From assembly GCA_002633005.1 (NCBI GenBank), contig NMRA01000400.1, positions 172,768 to 236,767 on the forward strand: a stretch of DNA of 64,000 nt. The letters are read 5' to 3'. Each line of letters opens with the position of its first letter. The stretch's first letter is position 1. The notes under the pieces were generated by a model. It did no database searches. It saw nothing but the letters and a program-made list of their open reading frames with translations, and was not told where the DNA came from. Shown here piece by piece: positions 15,001-64,000 of this stretch. A program made the translations under genes and the position numbers. The DNA comes from Phoronis australis (lineage: Eukaryota; Animalia; Phoronida).

Positions 15001-17654
15001 CACGAGCCACCATTGAGGAAATCCACCATGCTATCCCAGATGCCCCGGCAATGTTGACAATTTACGTTCCTCCGAAACATAAAGAGCAACTTCCGCTTTT
15101 CAAGGTGAAAATCGTCGGCAACGCGGCGGTAAGAAAGACATTTGCCGCGGAAATTTTATATCAAATCCGATTTTTTTTACGCGGAAAGAACAATTGAAAA
15201 AAGCGGAAATCCGCGTTTCCGCGGAAAATTCCAAGCCCTGTATTATCATTATTGGCATTTATGGACAAGATGCCCACTGCTAAGTTTAACTGAATGTCTG
15301 TGTTTGACTAGCGGTGCCAATAGCTCAGTGTACTAGAGTGTCTGCACGGTTAGCAGATCTCGGGTTCGAGTCCTGGTTGGTGCAAAATCTTTTCCGACTT
15401 ATGTTCATTAGGTCAAGTAATGTGGCCAACAGGTGGCGTGCAGACCAGATTTTACTAATGTTTATAATTACCATAGAAAGTGCTGCAATAATGAGACAAG
15501 TACCAAATGTCTGACGTGGTCCAAATTTGTCCCCGATCGTTCCCAAAAGCATCTGGAATTGGAAAATTGATCAACTGAACATGAATGATCAAATATTATC
15601 AAAAGTACCAGACAGCCACATCCCAGGGCTTAGCATGCTTCAGCATAATGTTGTCTGCTATCGTGTGTAAAATTCCAGCATCTAAATCAATTTTCTCTCA
15701 GGTGACACCATTTGAAAGCCGAGGAATGTAGGGTTATATTGTGTAAGATTTTGTAGAAATGCTATAGAATTCACAAAGAAGTGCAGAATAAGGCACGAAG
15801 GTGTCAGTTGTAGGTACACTTTCGATACTATGCCGAGACCAAACAGATTGCAGAGAATACAGATATGGTAATTTCTACACGTTACTACTTTCTCATATTT
15901 ACCTGAGCAAACGCGTATGGTAGCAACAGTGCAGTGTCCAGCATACCTAATTGTTTGTTAGAGAACTTAAGTTCCAGGTGGAGATCTGCTTTTATCTGGA
16001 ATGGAAGGAACACAAACAGATAATAATCAAAACCAACAAAGGAGAATGATACCAAGTGCAAACTCACAAGCAAGTAGTTTCAAGGGATGGTAACGGTTCG
16101 AGGGCAGCAACTCGACAAAACTGGCGGGCCTGCTAACCAATCAGCTAATAAGAAATTGGTTGTTTGAGAATGGCTAATCCACGCTCATAAGATTCACATC
16201 TACAATATTCCCTCCTTTCCTACAGAAAAGCTGTGCCACAAGGAAGGTGAACATCAGGTTATTTTATTATCCCATATACAGATAGGTCATCAACTGCCCT
16301 TAGCATCTTTATGGCCATAACACCAGGTGACCATAAGCTTGTTTCTTATATAGGTCCTCAACTCCTGGAATTTTTACCATCCCCATGTCGTCCGAGGTCT
16401 AATTCATCGTTATACAATCTGTTTGACAACAACACCTGTTGTAGAGCTAGTAATTGATTGTCAAGATCACCTGACCCGGGCATCGAAGCAGTGACCCCGG
16501 ATAAAACATGCCATTGACTGTTAGCGACTGGCTAACAGAGGCTCACGTGATTTACCAGGAGCACATCTACACCAGGTCTGTCACCGATATTGAAGACTGA
16601 ACACCATTAAACTAAAAGTCAGTCATTTACAATGTGCTCACTGTCAAAAGAAAAACGTAGGCAAGTGACTAAGAGAGGCATTTATATTATTGCACTCGCT
16701 ACAGATACACCACAATACAGAGGCTATGGAGAGTCCACCTATCTGCCAACTATGCCGAAATGTGGTAGCACCTGTGTATTTACACACAAACACATCTTTT
16801 GTAATACGTGACTTCTAGGTGTGATATGCAGCCAGATAAAGTCTCCCTACGTTGCTTGCCTAGTGGCTGAATGGTTTAGATGCTTGGTTCTTACACGTAC
16901 AACCTGGGTCAAAGTAACAGAGTCACCGAAATTTTCTTCATTGATGCCCAACGACGCCAGAAGAACCCACGACCAGACAGGATGTAAGCACTCGTCTCGG
17001 GGCAGTCCGGAGTAATGCTCCAACAACTGCAGAAACCCAGACCAGAGACGTGACCGACCAGAGCCTGAAGAGTGAGGGCGTAGATGGAACACTTGTTCCA
17101 TAATAGGGAGAGGAGTGATATCACACGTGACTTCCAGGTGCGACGTGCAGCCAGATAAAGTCTCTTTTGAATCGTGAAAGTGTCTTACATTACAACACTC
17201 GCCATGCGGCAATTGCCTCTTGGTTAAATGATTTAGACGCTTGGCTCTCACACGTGCAACCTGGGTTCTAATCCCGGAGTCACTGAAATTTTTTTCACAG
17301 TTACACAACTGGAGACAGTGTAGATGAAGTGGGTTAAGCTCCACATCTCCACTGCACTGTTGTTTGGCTTGTGAAACACGGGTTCGAAGACTGGCTTTAC
17401 TGGCAGACAGTCGATCAGTGCACAAAAGTGTCTCCTCCTACTCCTCTGAGCTCGATCTTACCAGTGAATGAATGTGTGCAAGGGAATGAATGAGAACCAC
17501 TTTGGAATACTCGACTTTGACTTGAGAAGTTGATTATGAACTTGAAGACGAAGAAACTTACCACGCCGATCGATTTCCTAAGTAAATAGGTTGACGCGTA
17601 GGCCGACCATGCTAACCCAAATATAAATACTTGTCTAGCTTTTACAGAAACCAT
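5823..17654 (-). CDS. SLC37/OPA-family MFS sugar-phosphate (G6P/G3P):Pi exchanger, complete 13-exon gene, 423 aa
   Basis: Exons (minus): 17562-17654, 15903-15995, 15472-15552, 13659-13727, 12861-12986, 12151-12210, 11580-11652, 10924-10987, 10319-10409, 9743-9837, 8789-8949, 7454-7528, 5823-6013. All are GT-AG and phase-consistent, 1272 nt from ATG to TAA. Motifs: AYASTYLLRKS (OPA TM1 RK), GTIGDKFGPR (MFS motif A), QSQCWP..LGNWF, WLPLYL, FEIGGVVGS, GFINGFGSVG. The SLC37 paralogue cannot be assigned by eye. Confidence 0.92.
7454..7528 (-). CDS. SLC37-like exon 12 (GGSFPAVLGEMDGRNAAAAVVGFING)
   Basis: AG/GTGAGA bounded, 75 nt. Confidence 0.9.
7961..8478 (+). mobile_element. MITE family A copy 1 (hAT-like termini, 6-bp TSD CTACTA)
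   Basis: TIR CAGGGCTTGGAAT...ATTCCAAGCCCTG; CTACTA on both sides. Confidence 0.9.
8789..8949 (-). CDS. SLC37-like exon 11 (VFHGRTLYGV...AGAFNCGPDMLL)
   Basis: AG/GTAAGA bounded, 161 nt. Confidence 0.9.
9743..9837 (-). CDS. SLC37-like exon 10 (LNYSKVEAGMYATVFEIGGVVGSALIGFVIDR)
   Basis: AG/GT bounded, 95 nt. Confidence 0.9.
10319..10409 (-). CDS. SLC37-like exon 9 (TIPEVAISMFCLKIVRYTMYMWLPLYLLYY)
   Basis: AG/GT bounded, 91 nt; K.VRY..WLP motif. Confidence 0.9.
10924..10987 (-). CDS. SLC37-like exon 8 (central loop, AIQSGKGQEQNRPSLREIVKIP)
   Basis: CAG/GTAAGT bounded, 64 nt; joins the phase 1 and phase 2 neighbours exactly. Confidence 0.82.
11580..11652 (-). CDS. SLC37-like exon 7 (AVFGIVVLLFFKQPADLNIEIPGK)
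   Basis: TAG/GTAAGA bounded, 73 nt, ends phase 1. Confidence 0.85.
12151..12210 (-). CDS. SLC37-like exon 6 (VALQAHYGWRACFLVPAVVV)
   Basis: AG/GTAAGT bounded, 60 nt; GWR motif. Confidence 0.9.
12861..12986 (-). CDS. SLC37-like exon 5 (SQCWPNCSKALGNWFADNTKDRIFGLFGTCAFVGGIVGSGVA)
   Basis: AG/GT bounded, 126 nt; OPA WP..GNWF motif. Confidence 0.9.
13659..13727 (-). CDS. SLC37-like exon 4 (CSFGHFSSLWIFMMFLFINGFAQ)
   Basis: AG/GT bounded, 69 nt. Confidence 0.9.
14761..15240 (+). mobile_element. MITE family A copy 2 (TSD TATTAT)
   Basis: Same TIRs and internal sequence; TATTAT on both sides. Confidence 0.9.
15314..15384 (+). pseudogene. tRNA-like cloverleaf (tRNA pseudogene or SINE head)
   Basis: A-box TAGCTCAGTG, B-box GGTTCGAGTCC, stems GTGCCAA/TTGGTGC and TCTGC/GCAGA; anticodon loop ACGGTTA lacks U33 and purine 37. 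Confidence 0.55.
15472..15552 (-). CDS. SLC37-like exon 3 (MLLGTIGDKFGPRQTFGTCLIIAALSM)
   Basis: MFS motif A; AG/GT bounded, 81 nt. Confidence 0.9.
15903..15995 (-). CDS. SLC37-like exon 2 (IKADLHLELKFSNKQLGMLDTALLLPYAFAQ)
   Basis: CAG acceptor, GT donor, 93 nt. Confidence 0.9.
16807..17305 (+). repeat. Two diverged tandem copies of a tRNA-derived SINE-like unit
   Basis: ACGTGACTTC..GCAGCCAGATAAAGTCTC at ~16807 and ~17125, each followed by a decayed tRNA-like segment (..CAACCTGGGT..GAGTCAC.GAAATTTT). Confidence 0.55.
17562..17654 (-). CDS. SLC37-like exon 1 (MVSVKARQVFIFGLAWSAYASTYLLRKSIGV)
   Basis: ATG at 17654, donor GTAAGT, phase 0. Confidence 0.9.
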
Positions 17655-18128
17655 GGCTGTTGGAATAAGTTTGGTGGATTCAGTCCAAGAAAGAACAACA
17701 GCACTACTGAAAGCAAGCCTTGCACACTATAAAGTCGCCATCTTTGTTTCAAGAGACACCTAGTGACCAAATATCACATTTTCATTTTTTCCTCAATAAT
17801 TATCTAGTAATTATTGATACAGAAGATTGCTTCATACTCTATATGAAATATAGATATATTCTTGAGTTGTATTTGACATGATATTAACAGTTTTGTCAAA
17901 AAACAGGCAAGTTAAACAATAGGTGGCGCTGATTTTCGACTGCCCAATTTAGTAATTCGGGCATTGTGCGGGTCATAAATTCTCTAAGTCTTATGACTGG
18001 AAATCTGCTGTGTCACCGTTTGTGCTGTTTTTGACGTATCCAGAAGATAAGTCTCACCGTTGGAAACAACTCCTAATATTCAGAACGAAGGTTAATTTTG
18101 CTAGGAGTGAAGCTAATACCGGCTTAAG
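17655..18128. promoter_or_regulatory. Putative bidirectional promoter between the SLC37-like gene and TGR
   Basis: Divergent ATGs 474 bp apart; YY1-type AAGATGGCG (minus, 17736-17744); CTCF-like ATAGGTGGCGCTG at ~17919-17931. Confidence 0.65.
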
Positions 18129-39653
<21,525 letters not shown>

Positions 39654-40400
39654 AGCCCGCTGCTTCTCGCCTAAACAACACAACACAACACCAAAGAGCC
39701 ACCTGTAGGGGTAACGTTCAGTCTCGGCAAACGGCACAAGACATGCACACGCGCACACATTGTTGAGATTGACGAATCCTTCGTTTTTTATGAAAATTGC
39801 TCAGTTCGCTCAGTGCATAGATGTCAAGAAATTTATCTATGAAGTTTCCATTATTTCCTGCAAGGTTCTCAGTCTTTGTGAAATATACTCTGTTGATCGC
39901 AATTATTTTTTTGCACAAGAAGTGAAGAATGATGGTTATCCACGTAGATAGCTATGCACCGGTTTTTCTATTGCATTTGATATTTCAGTGTCATTGAACT
40001 ATCACTTTTTCCCAGTGTTCTGCAATGCTGACATTTGAAATTTGACAAGCTCAACTAATACTTGTACATACGCAATCTATCTTTTTTGCTTGTCTGGCTC
40101 AACTCGGATGCAGCTGATATTTCAGAAACTAGGTCGATCATTCTGCGATTTTGTTCAGCATTTTTTATGTTCATGTTTTCTCGAAAGCCCCGTTTTTTGT
40201 GTCACGATATCTGTGTAGTCTTTTAAATGTATATCCTTAGAAAGCATTCCTTAATCTGTCAATCAGTTTCTTCGTGAAGGTGTTTGTTAGCAAGTGGTTA
40301 TTGTTACTTGATACGATTTTGCCGAACTGCGCAGTTTTCCATGCAGGTGAAATTATATGTTGGTGTTGATGGCGGCAGCGGGCGTTTGCAAAACGACCGA

Positions 40401-40508
40401 GGGAACCCTCGTCTGTGGTGGCACTCGTACAGTGCGTGTATGACGGTTCTTCCCATAATCCTTTGCCCAAGGACGGGTGGAGCCCGAGAGACCAAGACGT
40501 CGGTTCTC
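40401..40508 (+). promoter_or_regulatory. SECIS element (type II) in the TGR 3' UTR
   Basis: ATGAC at 40440-40444; helix II GGTTCTTCCC/GGGTGGAGCC; apical ATAA; mini-helix TCCTT/AAGGA; 3' core CGAG at 40485-40488; AATAAA downstream at 40542 and 40613. Confidence 0.8.
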
Positions 40509-43500
40509 AATGTACCAGGTAGCACACCGTGATCAGTTTCAAATAAAATCTGAATTATGTATTTTATGGGTAACTCATATGGGTGTGCTGTTTTGGATTT
40601 GTGATAATTGGTAATAAATTTCATGACTTTTGACACAAATTATACATTGACATATTTAGTGATTAGTGAGAAGTTTGCTACACTTTGTACAGTGATTGGT
40701 ATGTGTCGCTAATTATTTTTTTAATAATTGTCGTCACTTCTTGTATTCTGTACTGTTGTCATGAAGGTATTTGGTGTGATTAATATACATCGTTTTGAAA
40801 GAATTATCGGTGATGATTCATTATTGCAGTGGAAGAGAAAGCAAATGCAAGCAACCTTGCTGAACTTGTCAGTCTGCTATTAGTCGTCACTTTTCTCGGC
40901 CCCAATTACACGTCCATTCATGTACATTTAAAAGTTTGCCACGAAGTCATTGTTTTTGAATCGTTTTTTGCTTAACTCATTGCTCAAATGTGAATGCTGT
41001 CCTGACATTTACGTGCAAAATTTTTCGCACAAATGTTAGTCAATGGACTGGTTGCATGTATTCAGAACAAGTACATGCAAAGTAGCACTTGCTGTAACAA
41101 GGACTGTTGTAAAGAACTGGCAATGATCAGTCACAAACTTCACTCTTATAAAAAATATTAACAATTTAACTCTAGGTAGCAGTTTCCAAAGTATCCTGAA
41201 TGGCAAACGTCAATGAAATTGGGTTTGAAAGTAGATGTGAACAACCTTTATCAAACCAAGCACTCATCAGAAACCGATGTGAAAATTGATATTACAGGCT
41301 GCTATCACTTCCAGTACATGTACATAACATAAGAAATATCAAAACAATTACGTTCATATTAAGCAGTCGCTAGAATAAACTTGCTTTTTTCATGGTCCAA
41401 AGGTGACTGGTTAAGCAAGGTCGCTTGTACTAGACTAAGAGTAAGAGAAAGCTGGAGTTCAACAAAGAAAGATGATTAGAATCCCACATTGTTTTATTGT
41501 TCTTTAATTACTTGTTTACATCCCACGGATTACTTTGCATTTAAAATTCAATAACTTGTTCATAATGTAACAACAAATGTAGGTTAATTCTTCAATCGCA
41601 CAATATGGCTGACTTGCGAAATTCTATTTTGTCAAATTACTCCACAAGAATAAAGATTAAGAAAACTTTAGACTGTTACTGGCATGTTTGTATTACCAAA
41701 AACAACTTTTGATAAAATTTCCATTATTTGAAGTAATGCAAGTGGCCTTCGAAAAGTGGAATTTTCACATTTTTGTGCGAAGTAAAAATCACCCTACGTC
41801 GAACTATAACTTGCATACACAGAGACTGCGCAAAGTACCCTCTCGCAGGGGGCCACACACGCACGCACACTGCACAATATACCCTCTCACAGGGGTCATA
41901 CAAGAACAATCTCGTTCACAATATTAACAGCCAATGAAAACACATTCGAACTTGCACATTCAGGGCCTAGGCTCAAATCAACAACATTTCATTGAAATCT
42001 GATTTCCAAAATGATGATTTACTGACAGCTTTTCTGGAAAATCTCGTTCAACGGTATATAGACATCTAGAGTCCGTTTTTTTTTCAGTGCGGTGAGTAAT
42101 GACATTGCACATGATAATGCTGCAGTTGAATAGTGTTTTAAGTTCTGGGCGTCAGAATTTTACAACTTACAGTATCATTCAAAATCTGCAGTATTTACTC
42201 ACAATGTCGCGCACCTATCATATACCATTTCAGCCTTGTCCCCGTGACTCCAAGGCTATTCACAATGAACATTCAGTTAATGTTTTTCTGCTGCACAGTG
42301 AAATTCAGAGCAAACGCCAAGAACCTTTGTTAGTTCATCTCACCTCGAAGGGCCTGACGATTTAAGAATTATGGCCCATAAAACATTCCACAGAAGCGAG
42401 ATAGTTTAACATGGTGTTGTTAAAATTTTATGCATTAAGTTGTGTTAAATAATATAAAAAGGTTGACAAACAACAAAAACACCATAAATACACAAAAAAT
42501 GATACTGAAATGCGTATTAACCAACCAACCAACACGTAACAAAGGTAAAAGTCAACTCATCAAGTAACAGGACTGCAAACATAAATTTCAGTTCACAAAT
42601 TTTATAAACCAAAGACTATCTCAGACCCATGCACTTTACTACAAGTCAAGTTTGAACTTAACTCTAGTTCGGACCAGCCGAAGCTCAAACTTGCCATCCA
42701 AGAGCTCTTAAGGTCTTTTCCACAAACAGTGATTCAGTGTCCAGAGGAACATCTGGCTGAGAGAAGTTTAATGATGTTACAATCACATCACAACTTCTTA
42801 GTAATGGGACTGAAATGGGGAGTTGTGTGTAAATATAACAAAGTTGCCATTGACGATGGGGTTATGACCTCCAGACTGGCCAATTACCAGTGAAGCTACT
42901 GTTAGTAATGAGAGAGATGATTGCACATCATACCTCAACATGTTTCTACCAGAAAAATTAAGCTGGTTGGAAAAGGCCTTAAGAAGCATGATTCACTGGT
43001 ATGCAGCAACACAATTCTAAATAATCAAATTGCTTTACAAGTACAATTGCATCCACTGGATTAAGTATAATTATTAGACAACAAATTAATATCCCAAGTG
43101 CCACAAATTAAAAGAAACACATTTTAAAGAACCTCGCACACATTCTTGGTCTACCATGATGCACAATAATTAGCCCTTATCACAGTCCCCAGGGGGGTGC
43201 CACTAACTTACATACCAACTTTGAAATGCATTTCAGTTTGCAACAGTTATCCTCATTACATGCTTGATGTAAAATATGAAAATGAAAAGCCAGAATTAAG
43301 CTAAAGATTCTTCAACTTGGGCAAAAAAGGCCTGAAATTGACACTTTTTAAAGGATATTGCTTTGAACGCTCAATAATTTCCCCAACTTTTAATCGATGA
43401 CAGCTGTCCATATAACACGCAAACCGAGAAGAAAATTTTAGTTCGCAAAACAGGAGCAGATCCAGGATCTTGACATGACATAGGGAGCCCTTCATAGCCT

Positions 43501-44832
43501 GAATCCACCACATCAACAAGAGATTGAGCAGGGAGGTATAAACCGTGTAGACAGCACTGTATCTGCACATGTACGGTGTAAGAAATTTGAAAAAAAATCC
43601 TCTTTCCACCATCATGCAAGGTACCAGGATCATTCTCAGCAAGATCTTGAAAAGGGGGAAAAATGAACGGGGATCGACAGGAAGAACCCTGGGAATTGTG
43701 ACGCATTCGTGGCCTGTTTTTGGCCAAATCTGCCCAATTTTGCCTATCCCTAAATTGCTTCTTAGAACTATTAAAGCCTCAAAATGTCACTAACTTATGA
43801 CACAATATGGACAAGTGAAATTTGAGTTTCTCATTTAATCCATGGAAGATATGCAGCACCAAATTAATGGTTATCTATTAAAAGGATAATTATGAAGAAA
43901 TATTTTTTAACATGTCTTGAATGGGGTACGGGAAAATTTCACCAATTTGGGACAAAAAATAATAATTGCTAAAAGAGCTCTTTTTCATTCAACGGCTTAT
44001 AATATTGATGTGAATGCCACAAATAATTTCTCAAAACAGTGACAGATGTGCAGTCAATCATCTGGAAATCCTATGGCAACTAAAATGCCTAGGTGACTAA
44101 AATGAACTTCGTTAGCGCATAGTCAAGCAACTTAATGTGCCTGGTCGGAAGCGAATCAATAACAGTCAGGTGATTCTTCTCAAGCCCCCGCATTATTTCT
44201 AAAACCATTTCAAACCCAAGTAAGGAACATGATGAGATTGACAGTACAACATTTACCGAAAGTGGCCTGAAGTCCAATTGGTTTTAGACAGAATATGTGG
44301 TGTTATTGCCCCCATAGGACGGACTTGTGTGTTTTGAGAATGATTCGGTGTTACAGAGGCGAGCCAGTCATAAATTGAAGAATCTTTAACTAACAGTCTT
44401 TGGTACCCATTCCCCCATCACAAGTCATACCTTGGTAAATGCATACATATCCACTGCACTCCTGAATGCAAAATAAGAGTAGTTATCAGGGGTGACTACA
44501 CACCCGTTGTCCAACTTATGGCAATACAGCTGCATTGCTTCTCCTCATGAAAAGTAGTACCAAGGTCAAGGTCACTGGTGGACGACTACAGTCAAACCGC
44601 TTTACGCAATTAGTTTAAATGGTTTGGATGCTAATGAAGTTCTGTTCCCAAGTCAAAAAAACTAAATGTGTACAAGGCACTTTGGCTACAACAAACTTTG
44701 GTTAAAATGAGCATTCCAGAGAGTTCCTTAGATAACTCGCTGTAACGCGGTTTGACTGTGTCCATGATAAAGTTATACCAAAATGTCCAACAACGGGGAC
44801 GTGTAAATAGAAGTTCCACATATGGCCACCAG

Positions 44833-62642
<17,810 letters not shown>

Positions 62643-62707
62643 CTGTAAAGAAGCACCAAAATCAGCATAACTACACATAATTAGACCGCAAACTTATCAG
62701 AAATTAT

Positions 62708-62995
62708 AGTGGAACTTGCACGCTAATTCCTCATCTCTGTGATTGTTTGGCCAAATTAGTTAGAAAGACAACATATAGCGACGATGAAAATACAAAGTAC
62801 CTTGAAAATGTCACAAAAATGATCTGCCGCAAATCACAGAACCGTTTGCTGTCAATATTGTGATGTGGTGCTGGAGAATAACACTATGTGAGCCTGCGAG
62901 GTCATCATTAGTTCAAATGTCACTTATTTGCAGATTTTTTTGTTTCCACATTCACAAGTTGTCAGTGAAAACAACTGCCCTTTGTTTAGCATAGA
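62708..62995 (-). mobile_element. MITE family C, inverted truncated copy
   Basis: AGTGGAACTTGCACGCTAATTCCTC... similarity; interrupted near 62997 by another element. Confidence 0.72.
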
Positions 62996-63429
62996 TTACC
63001 ATATTCGCCGTAATAACCGACCATGCCCCTATAAGCGCCCTCCCCCACGTTTTCAGACTTTGCTAAAATAAGCGCCTAGTCCATGAACGTGTACTTGCGA
63101 AAAATGCCTTACCTACAGTCCTGAAATTCTACAGTAAAGCTTTCAATTTATCAATAATATCCGACAGTCCTGAAAAAAATCATTGTGTGCAGAATTTGGA
63201 GACCACGAGCCTCGCCGCTATGTCGGTATTTAGCTGTGACTATACACTTCAAACTTCCGCCATGCCTCAAAACGAACACAAAAGTTCTGCTGATATTGCG
63301 AGGACCAATGGTCTGGCCTTTCAGAACAGAAGTAGTGTACTTGTCTACGGGATTGCTTTGTAGATATTTCCCGCTTTTAACAGGAATCCAAATTTCTTTG
63401 TAGGCCTACACATAGACCGGCAGCCCAGA

Positions 63430-64000
63430 GCACTTAGCATCTATGAACGAGGTACCAACATCTGACCACGGGAGCATTTAAAGTCCACCTCAGTATGTAC
63501 AGAAATGGACGTCTGCCGTTGTCTGCACTCTGGGTGTGACCCCTGGGGGCCTTACAAAGACCCCAAAAAATGAGCTAGACTAGATATTCGAGGTACCAAC
63601 CAAAACTGATTTAAAACGAACAATAATACCGCACTGAACACCGAAGGACCCATGACAGACAAATTGCACTCTGGAATGGGTCCGGCAGAAGCCAAAAAAG
63701 GACCCCCCAAAAATGAGCTAGCACATACATTCGAGGTACCACACAAAACCAATTCCATATGATTCAATACATGTCACAGATCACTAAAACCCCTATGACA
63801 GACAAAATACACTCTGGGTTGTGCCCGGCAGAAACCCCCAAAAATCTCAACCATGGTATGCCATCAAAAATTTGAGCTAGACTAGATTTTCGAGGTACCG
63901 GCCAAAACTGATTTTAAACGAACAATAGTACCGCACTGAACACCAAATGACCCATGACAGACAAATTGCACTCTGGAATGGGTCCGGCAGAAACCAAAAA
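63430..64000. repeat. Satellite-like repeat with ~150-bp monomers and a ~300-bp higher-order period, running off the window
   Basis: GAGCTAG..TTCGAGGTACC..AAAAC..ATGACAGACAAA..CACTCTGG at ~63570, ~63713, ~63872; monomers 1 and 3 are more alike than either is to 2. Confidence 0.8.

Noticed and set aside
16847-17425. 192-aa minus-strand ORF, the longest in the track
   Set aside because: Overlaps duplicated SINE-like units in SLC37 intron 1 and has no recognisable domain.
17993-18128. N-terminal (mitochondrial) extension of TGR exon 1
   Set aside because: In-frame TAA at 18114-18116; the upstream ATG at 17993 closes after 13 codons.
39780-39950. Alternative SECIS candidates at nearer ATGA sites
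   Set aside because: No convincing helix II, apical AA and GA partner by eye, unlike the site at 40440.
43301-43793. Overlapping 74-118 aa ORFs between TGR and PFKFB
   Set aside because: No recognisable motifs and a weak acceptor; more likely PFKFB 3' UTR or repeat-derived sequence.

Overview
AT-rich, intron-rich eukaryotic DNA; an invertebrate animal is inferred from GT-AG introns, a selenoprotein, CTCF-like motifs and dense MITEs. There are two single-n assembly gaps (545 and 18217). Three genes were rebuilt by hand with phase-consistent GT-AG splice sites. (1) A complete 13-exon, 423-aa SLC37/OPA-family MFS sugar-phosphate exchanger on the minus strand (17654->5823). (2) Head-to-head with it, a 15-exon glutaredoxin-fused thioredoxin reductase (TGR/TXNRD3-like, 18129->39653). 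It ends Gly-Cys-Sec-Gly through an in-frame TGA and has an unusual branched SECIS candidate at about 40401-40508. (3) The 3' part of a PFKFB 6-phosphofructo-2-kinase/fructose-2,6-bisphosphatase on the minus strand, entering from beyond 64000. It has a tandemly duplicated exon near the C-terminus that gives two alternative C-termini, plus two candidate 33-nt microexons. Introns hold several non-autonomous DNA transposon families (6-bp-TSD hAT-like, 8-bp-TSD hAT, TTAA Kolobok-like), tRNA-derived remnants and minisatellites. Nearly all ORFs in the supplied track are spurious or are exon fragments. All calls come from reading the sequence; no database searches were run.
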